NCBI GenBank assembly: GCA_946221915.1
Contig: CAMIKG010000006.1
Coordinates: 28,075-92,074, forward strand
Length of the DNA: 64,000 bases
Source: an uncultured Erwinia sp.
GTDB lineage: Bacteria > Pseudomonadota > Gammaproteobacteria > Enterobacterales > Enterobacteriaceae
Reading direction: 5' to 3'
Positions within the stretch are counted from its first letter, which is position 1, and each line of letters begins with the position of its first letter. The notes beneath the pieces were generated by a model. It was not told the origin of the DNA and searched no databases. It worked only from the letters and a program-made list of their open reading frames with translations. This document shows, piece after piece, positions 58,051-64,000 of this stretch. The position numbers and the translations under genes are program-made.

Positions 58051-58269
58051 CCGCAGACCCTATGCCAAAAGTGGCGGAGTGTAAAGCGGTTACCCCTGTG
58101 TGAATCTTTTCCTGCCGCTGCCGATAATGCCTGCATAACACTCGCGTTGCGGAATGATGTGGGTGGAGATTGTAATTTCAGTTTAATGCTGATTGACATA
58201 TTCGCTATCATCTAAACCTGGGCCTGGGATGAGGTAAAACCAGGCTGTGTAACCGGGTAAAAAAATACA

Positions 58270-60744
58270 ATGAATGAGAATTCTGATGATGTGATGTATC
58301 GGCTGCTGGTGCAAAACGTAGTTGATTACGCCATTTATATGCTGAAACCGGATGGCAGCGTCGCCAACTGGAACGCAGGCGCCCAGCGCGCCAAAGGCTA
58401 TCGTGCAGACGAAATTGTGGGTAAGCACTTCTCGCTGTTCTACAGCGTGCAGGACCGGATGGCCTATATTCCGGAAAACAATCTCAAACAGGCATTCCGC
58501 ACGGGTCGATTTGAAGATGAGGGCTGGCGCTACCGTAAAGATGGCAGCGCTTTCTGGGCGCATGTGGTGATCGACGCCATCCATGATGACGATGGCAAAC
58601 TGATTGGCTACGCCAAAATCACCCGCGACTGCACTGAGCAGCGACGTATCCAGCGTGAAAAAAGTGAAAATGAGCAGAAATTCCGCCTGCTGGTGGAAGG
58701 GGTTACCGACTACGCCATCTATATGCTCGACCCGCAGGGGCGGGTGGTGAACTGGAACACCGGCGCGCAGCGTGCGAAAGGTTATGTGGCGGACGAAATT
58801 GTCGGCCGCCACTTCTCGATCTTTTACAGCGCGCAGGATCGCGCCAATAAGTTGCCGGAACATAATCTGTCGATAGCCCAGCAGACCGGACGCTTTGAAG
58901 ATGAAGGCTGGCGCTATCGCAAAGATGGCAGCGCCTTCTGGGCGCATGTGGTGATCGACGCCATCTATGACGATAACCGTAAACTGGTGGGCTACGCCAA
59001 AATCACCCGCGACGTCACCGAGCGCCGCGAGTATGAACAGCAGATTTTACGCGCGCGTGACCTGGCGGAAGCACACAGCACGGCGATGGATGCGCTGTCG
59101 AAATTCCTCGATACCATCATCACTAATATCCCCTCCTGCGTGATTGTCGAAGATGCGATTTCGCGCGAAATCCTGCTGGTTAACCAGAAAGCGGAAACGC
59201 TGCTGGGCAGCAGTAAGACGCGGATGCAGGGCAAAAAACCCTATGAGTGCATGACGCCGGAGCTGAGTGACTATTTTAATAATCTGTCCGATGAAGCTCT
59301 GCGCGCAGAGGGCGTGCATACCAGCGAGCAGCTGCTGACCACCGCCAGCGGCACGCGCATTTTGCATACCCGGGCGCTGGTGGCGCGTGGCAATGATGCC
59401 CGTAAGCATTATCTGATCCTGATTGCCGAGGACGTGACCGATCAGCGTGAAGCGGATGCGCGCATTCACCATATGGCGCATCACGATAATCTGACCAGCC
59501 TGCCCAATCGCATCCTGTTCCGTCAGCGCATCAACGATGCGCTGCGCGAGGATTGCGAACACGGCAAGATGACCGGCACCCTGTGTCTGGATCTGGACAA
59601 CTTTAAAAACGTCAATGATGCCCTGGGGCATCAGATCGGCGACGAGCTGCTGCGCGCGGTGGCGAAACGCCTGCGCAATACCTTGCGTGAAGAAGATACG
59701 CTGGCGCGCATTGGCGGCGATGAGTTCGCTATCGTGCTGCCTGGCCTGGCGAATCAGGCAGAGGCGGAAGCCGTGGCTGCACGGCTGATTGATATTATGC
59801 GTCCGCCAATCAATGTGGAGGGCAACAATCTGACCGTCGGCCTGAGTATTGGTATTGCCATGGCCAGTGACGAATCGACGTCGCCGGAGCAGTTGCTGCG
59901 TGGCGCGGATATGGCGCTGTATGAAGCCAAGCGCAACGGGCGTAACCGCTTTGAGAACTTTACCCTTGAGCTGGATGCGCTGGCGCGCCGCCGCCGCATT
60001 GTCGAGAACGATCTGCGTGATGCTATCACCAGCGGGCAGCTGAAACTCTATTATCAGCCGATCACCAATGGTGAACACCGGGAAATTATTGGCTATGAAG
60101 CGCTGATGCGCTGGCATCATCCGGCGCATGGCGTGATTATGCCGAGCGACTTTATTCCGATTGCGGAAGAAACCGGCCTGATCCACAGCCTCGGTGCGTT
60201 TGCGCTGTATGAGGCCTGCCGTGAAGCCACCAAATGGGCGCCGCAGCAGACGGTTTCCGTCAATTTGTCGCCCCTGCAGTTTAAAAACAGCATGCTGGTG
60301 TCGGTGATTGAATCGGCACTGAAGGAGTCGGGGCTGGAGCCGCAGCGTCTGGAACTGGAAATTACCGAATCGGTGTTGCTGGATGATGCTCATGGTAATT
60401 TGCAGACCCTGCGTCAGCTAAAAACCATTGGCGTGCTGATTGCGCTGGACGATTTTGGCACCGGCTACTCTTCGCTGAGCTACCTGCGATCCTTCCCGTT
60501 CGACAAGATCAAAATTGATAAGTCGTTTATTAACGATATGCATGAAAGCCGCGAGGCGATGGCGATTATTCGCGCCATTACTGGCATGAGCCGGAGTCTG
60601 GATATTCAGATCACGGCGGAAGGGGTGGAGAGCGACGCGCAGTTTGAGCAGCTGCGTGCCGAGGGCTGTACGCTGTTCCAGGGTTATCTGTTTGGTAAAC
60701 CACAGCCAGCGGAAACGCGGAAAAAAGTGCTCAATAACGACTGA
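58270..60744 (+). CDS. Cytoplasmic PAS-PAS-PAS-GGDEF-EAL signalling protein
   Basis: Two near-identical tandem PAS units (residues about 9-130 and 138-262), a third PAS-like segment, GGDEF (RIGGDEFAIVLPG) and EAL (YEALMRWHHP), both intact. Confidence 0.88.
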   Translation: MNENSDDVMYRLLVQNVVDYAIYMLKPDGSVANWNAGAQRAKGYRADEIVGKHFSLFYSVQDRMAYIPENNLKQAFRTGRFEDEGWRYRKDGSAFWAHVVIDAIHDDDGKLIGYAKITRDCTEQRRIQREKSENEQKFRLLVEGVTDYAIYMLDPQGRVVNWNTGAQRAKGYVADEIVGRHFSIFYSAQDRANKLPEHNLSIAQQTGRFEDEGWRYRKDGSAFWAHVVIDAIYDDNRKLVGYAKITRDVTERREYEQQILRARDLAEAHSTAMDALSKFLDTIITNIPSCVIVEDAISREILLVNQKAETLLGSSKTRMQGKKPYECMTPELSDYFNNLSDEALRAEGVHTSEQLLTTASGTRILHTRALVARGNDARKHYLILIAEDVTDQREADARIHHMAHHDNLTSLPNRILFRQRINDALREDCEHGKMTGTLCLDLDNFKNVNDALGHQIGDELLRAVAKRLRNTLREEDTLARIGGDEFAIVLPGLANQAEAEAVAARLIDIMRPPINVEGNNLTVGLSIGIAMASDESTSPEQLLRGADMALYEAKRNGRNRFENFTLELDALARRRRIVENDLRDAITSGQLKLYYQPITNGEHREIIGYEALMRWHHPAHGVIMPSDFIPIAEETGLIHSLGAFALYEACREATKWAPQQTVSVNLSPLQFKNSMLVSVIESALKESGLEPQRLELEITESVLLDDAHGNLQTLRQLKTIGVLIALDDFGTGYSSLSYLRSFPFDKIKIDKSFINDMHESREAMAIIRAITGMSRSLDIQITAEGVESDAQFEQLRAEGCTLFQGYLFGKPQPAETRKKVLNND

Positions 60745-60763
60745 TAAACTCAGCCACTAAAGC

Positions 60764-60782
60764 GGCCGGGCATTGCCCGGCC
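60764..60782. terminator. Hairpin GGCCGGGC-att-GCCCGGCC between the convergent PAS-GGDEF-EAL gene and ftnA
   Basis: Perfect 8-bp stem seen directly. Weak flanking T tracts. Confidence 0.35.
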
Positions 60783-60790
60783 AGTCGCTG

Positions 60791-61303
60791 TCAGGATGCA
60801 GCACCGTGAGTATCGCTACCCATCTTCGCCAGATCTTTATCAACGAAGAACAGGGCTTCACCGCTGTTGCCTACCAGCGCCAGTTTATCCAGCACTGATT
60901 TAAACAGCTTCTCTTCTTCATGCTGCTCTGCCACATACCACTGCAGGAAGTTGAAGGTGGAGTAATCTTTTGAAGTAATAGCGTGATGCGCCAGCTCGTT
61001 AATTTTGGCGGTGATCAGTTTTTCATGCTCGTATGCCTGCTCTAACACTTCGTTTAACGAGTTAAAAGCGACTGGCGGTGCGGCAATAGAGCCGAGTACT
61101 GGCAGTGCGCCGGTATCGGATAAATAGTCGAACAGACGCTGCATATGCTGCATCTCTTCACGCGAGTGGCCTTTGAAAAATACCGTTGCGCCTTCGAAGC
61201 CTTTATCACTACACCATGCGCTCATCTGCAGATAGAGATTGGCGGAGAAAAATTCCAGGTTAAGCTGATCATTCAGCTTTGCGATCATATCTTTAGTCAG
61301 CAT
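60791..61303 (-). CDS. ftnA: Non-haem ferritin
   Basis: [31 protein letters not shown]…[19 protein letters not shown]… is about 65-70% identical to E. coli FtnA. Ferroxidase Glu/His residues conserved. Confidence 0.9.
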   Translation of the reverse strand: MLTKDMIAKLNDQLNLEFFSANLYLQMSAWCSDKGFEGATVFFKGHSREEMQHMQRLFDYLSDTGALPVLGSIAAPPVAFNSLNEVLEQAYEHEKLITAKINELAHHAITSKDYSTFNFLQWYVAEQHEEEKLFKSVLDKLALVGNSGEALFFVDKDLAKMGSDTHGAAS

Positions 61304-61761
61304 AGCAGCTCCATTAAAGCTAATGGTGAGATTATTTTTTGTGTTGGTAAGCTGAATTATGCATCACTAAATATAAAAGCGGTATTTTTTTTACTAAAAA
61401 AAGTGAAATTTATCAGCTTGTTATTAACTATAATTAATTCATTTGTTGAATGCTAGTGATTCTCATTTTTGCTCCGCTTTAATAAGCCGGATAATATCGG
61501 TTTAATTAACAGAAAATATTCAGGAAATATTACCATAACTATTTTCGTCTTATCACCCATGGTCTGCTGACGCAGGCTCCTGTGTCCCGCCATAGTGCCT
61601 CTGCCCGCCGCATTGCACTAAAATGGTTAATGACATGATTAATTATTATTCGCATTAGTGAAGAAAGCAGGATATCACCCGGCACACCGCTTCTGGCATG
61701 GAAGATGCTTTGTTAACGATACGCGTTACGCGAATTATGGTTGCAGAGGGAAATTATCACT

Positions 61762-62433
61762 ATGTCAGATGAAAAAATATTATATCACGCCAGCAGCTGG
61801 CGTGCGGGAAAAGGGGCCTATGTGGCGCTGGCTGCCGCTGTGCTGTTTTTCTCCGGTCTGTTCTTTAAAGTCGACGGCATGCAGTGGCTGGGCGCGTTTG
61901 ATTTCACCACGCTGGGCGGCAGCTTCGGCACCATGAAAGAGCCTGGCAGCAATACCTTTATGGGCGCGGGTGGCGTCAGCGCCAAGGCCGGTTTCCTGTT
62001 TGCCCTGTCGCTGGTGCCGACGGTGATGCTGGCGCTGGGCCTGCTGGAAATCTTTACCCACTATGGCGCGATTCGCGCCGCGCACAAGCTGCTGACGCCG
62101 CTGCTGAAGCCGATTCTTGGCTTACCTGGCCGCACAGGTCTGGCGTTGATCACCGACCTGCAAAGCACCGATGCCGGGGCGGCGCTGACCAAAGAGTTAT
62201 ATGACAGTCAACAAATCGGCAAGAAAGAGGTGGTGGTGATGGGCGCATGGCAATATTCCGGCGCCGGGTTGATTAATAACTATTTCTCCATTGGTTCAGC
62301 GCTGTTTGCCTCTATGACTCTGCCGATCATTATTCCGCTGGTGGTGATGTTTGTACTGAAATTTGTTGGCGCTGCGCTGGTGCGTGCCGTTCTTAATAGC
62401 GTGTATAAAAAGGATTTCCAGCATGACGAATAA
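61762..62433 (+). CDS. yjiH: YjiH-like inner membrane protein (nucleoside-recognition/Gate-domain family)
   Basis: MSDEKILYHASSWRAGKGAYVALAAAVLFF… with GAGGG RBS. Partners with a yjiG-like gene as in the E. coli yjiHG operon. Confidence 0.65.
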   Translation: MSDEKILYHASSWRAGKGAYVALAAAVLFFSGLFFKVDGMQWLGAFDFTTLGGSFGTMKEPGSNTFMGAGGVSAKAGFLFALSLVPTVMLALGLLEIFTHYGAIRAAHKLLTPLLKPILGLPGRTGLALITDLQSTDAGAALTKELYDSQQIGKKEVVVMGAWQYSGAGLINNYFSIGSALFASMTLPIIIPLVVMFVLKFVGAALVRAVLNSVYKKDFQHDE

Positions 62434-62896
62434 TACGCAGGTTAACAGCAGTAATAATCCGTTCGATATTTTCGTCACCGGCGCGCGTAAAGGGTTTCAT
62501 ATTGCGATTCATAATTTGCTGCCCAATGTGCTGATGGCGTATGTGATTGCTGAGATATTAAATCTGCTCGGGGTGATGGGCGTGGTGGGGCAGATCTTTG
62601 CGCCGGTAATGGGGCTGTTTGGTTTACCGGGCGAAGCGATTACCGTACTGCTGACCGCCTGGCTCTCCTCTTCCGCGGGTACTGGCGTGGCGGTCAGTTT
62701 GCTGAGTAAAGGCGTGCTGACCGGCAGCGATATTACCATTCTCGCCCCGGCGATCTTTCTGATGGGATCGCAGCTGCAGTATATGGGACGTCTGCTGGGT
62801 GTCTCCGACGTGCCGAAAAAATACTGGCCGCTGCTGATGCTCACCAGCATTATCAATGCCGCCATCGCCATGTTTGTGATGCGCTTTTTTGCCTGA
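62423..62896 (+). CDS. yjiG: YjiG-like inner membrane protein
   Basis: ATG 62423 overlaps the yjiH-like 3' end by 11 bp. 157 aa, four TM segments. Confidence 0.65.
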   Translation: MTNNTQVNSSNNPFDIFVTGARKGFHIAIHNLLPNVLMAYVIAEILNLLGVMGVVGQIFAPVMGLFGLPGEAITVLLTAWLSSSAGTGVAVSLLSKGVLTGSDITILAPAIFLMGSQLQYMGRLLGVSDVPKKYWPLLMLTSIINAAIAMFVMRFFA

Positions 62897-62913
62897 AGAA
62901 GGAGATCTACGCT

Positions 62914-64000
62914 GTGTCGAATGTTCTGGAACACTACCACTATCTGCATGAAATTCCTGAGCTGGGTTTTCAGGAGTTTAAAACCTCGGCGTATCTGGCG
63001 GCGGCGCTGGAACAGGCGGGCTATCAGGTGACGCGCAATATTCATCAGACCACCGGCATCGTGGCGGAGCTGGACAGCGGCGTACCGGGACCCGTGCTGG
63101 CGCTGCGCGCCGATATGGATGCGCTGGGTCACGTAATTGATGGCGTGCCCTGCGCGCGCCACACCTGCGGCCATGATGCCCACTCGTCGGTGGTGCTGAC
63201 CACCGCGCAGGAAGTGATACAGCAGGGGCTGGTGAAAAAAGGGCGGCTGAGAATCCTGTTCCAGCCCGCAGAAGAGCTGGGAACCGGCGCACTGGCGATG
63301 GTGGCGGGCGGTGCTCTGCAGGATGTCGATATGCTGCTGGGCTTCCATCTGCGGCCTGCGGAAGAGTGCAGCCTCGGTGAAGCGGTGCCCGCCATGCTCT
63401 ATTCGGCCTGCAGCACGCTGGAGGCCACTATTACCGGCGTCACTTCCCATGCAGCGCGCCCGCATCTTGGGGTTAATGCGCTGGATGCCGCTGTCGCCGC
63501 AGTGCAGGCGGTCAATGCCCTGCATCTGTCGCCTGGCTTAACCTGGAGCGCCAAAGCGACGCGCTTCCTGTGCGATGTGGGCGTCACCAACTCCATCCCC
63601 GATGTGGCGCGCGTGGTATGGGATTTGCGCAGCGCCAGCAATGCACCGATGGAACAGTTAAAAGAGAAAGTGCGGCTGGCGATTGAGCACAGCGTGGCGG
63701 CGCTGGGCGCAACGGCCGAGGTGGTGGTGCTGAAAGAGATGCCTGCCGCGGAAATCGACCCTCAGATGACTGCGCTGATTAGCGAAGCGATTGTTGACGT
63801 GCTGGGTGAGGCGGGGCTGACAGAGGCGAAAACCACGCCGGGCAGTGAAGATTTCTTCCACTATGCGCGCCAGTGTCCGCACATTAAAACAGGATTCTGG
63901 GGGCTGGGCACCAATCTGACGCCGGGCCTGCATCATCCTGACATGCGTTTCGATCTCCGCTCGCTGGAAACCGGTGTCGCCATCTTTAAACGCTGTGTCA
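62914..64000 (+). CDS. M20D-family amidohydrolase (second copy in window), 3'-truncated by window end
   Basis: GTG start with AAGGAG RBS. VSNVLEHYHYLHEIPELGFQEFKTSAYLAAALEQAGYQV…CGHDAHSS… matches M20 aminoacylase/hippuricase. The ORF has no stop before 64000. Confidence 0.8.
   Translation, partial: MSNVLEHYHYLHEIPELGFQEFKTSAYLAAALEQAGYQVTRNIHQTTGIVAELDSGVPGPVLALRADMDALGHVIDGVPCARHTCGHDAHSSVVLTTAQEVIQQGLVKKGRLRILFQPAEELGTGALAMVAGGALQDVDMLLGFHLRPAEECSLGEAVPAMLYSACSTLEATITGVTSHAARPHLGVNALDAAVAAVQAVNALHLSPGLTWSAKATRFLCDVGVTNSIPDVARVVWDLRSASNAPMEQLKEKVRLAIEHSVAALGATAEVVVLKEMPAAEIDPQMTALISEAIVDVLGEAGLTEAKTTPGSEDFFHYARQCPHIKTGFWGLGTNLTPGLHHPDMRFDLRSLETGVAIFKRCV

Noticed and set aside
59047-60393. 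448-aa antisense ORF inside the PAS-GGDEF-EAL gene
   Set aside because: Embedded in a gene with intact, recognisable PAS/GGDEF/EAL domains on the + strand. No independent start context.
61448-61467. Fur box upstream of ftnA
   Set aside because: The best candidate (gaatgctagtgattctcatt) matches the 19-bp Fur consensus poorly when aligned position by position. Not reported as a feature.

Overview
This 64-kb window is chromosomal DNA from an Enterobacterales genome (about 55-57% GC; possibly Erwiniaceae/Pantoea-like, low confidence). An E. coli-like core backbone is recognisable: parC-plsC-ftsP, dkgA/yqhC/yghB/metC and exbBD. It is repeatedly interrupted by accessory material.

Start to end, the window contains:
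- an iteron-like repeat/hairpin region (1..476)
- an LLM-family flavin oxidoreductase, an M20D amidohydrolase and a standalone SIR2-like gene directly upstream of parC
- parC, plsC and ftsP
- a 920-aa Pro/Ser/Gln-rich repeat protein where E. coli has ygiQ-yqhGH
- dkgA, yqhC (no yqhD), yghB and metC
- an inserted TRAP transporter operon
- exbBD with a candidate Fur box
- an MHYT-GGDEF-EAL sensor
- an ERIC repeat
- a Csu-type (SCPU pilin) chaperone-usher pilus operon
- a complete cdiBAI contact-dependent inhibition locus. It encodes a 4117-aa E. coli-type CdiA with a variable receptor-binding domain, an AENN variant of the VENN pretoxin motif and a C-terminal toxin carrying a PD-(D/E)xK nuclease signature, followed by the cognate small cdiI.
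- a YmdB-like macrodomain gene, a Zn-ribbon membrane protein and an Rpn (YhgA-like) nuclease in an AT-rich islet
- a MocR-type regulator, two small membrane proteins, an 840-bp AT-rich gap with a perfect 12-bp palindrome, and a cupin gene
- a G-rich REP-like cluster
- the full malonate decarboxylase cluster mdcABCDEFGH with divergent mdcR
- a PAS-GGDEF-EAL protein with internally duplicated PAS domains
- ftnA, and a yjiH/yjiG-like pair with a second M20 amidohydrolase running off the window end.

The most interesting candidates are the cdi locus with its distinct CdiA C-terminal toxin, immunity gene and adjacent macrodomain; the standalone SIR2-like gene; the 920-aa repeat protein; and the iteron-like element at the window start.
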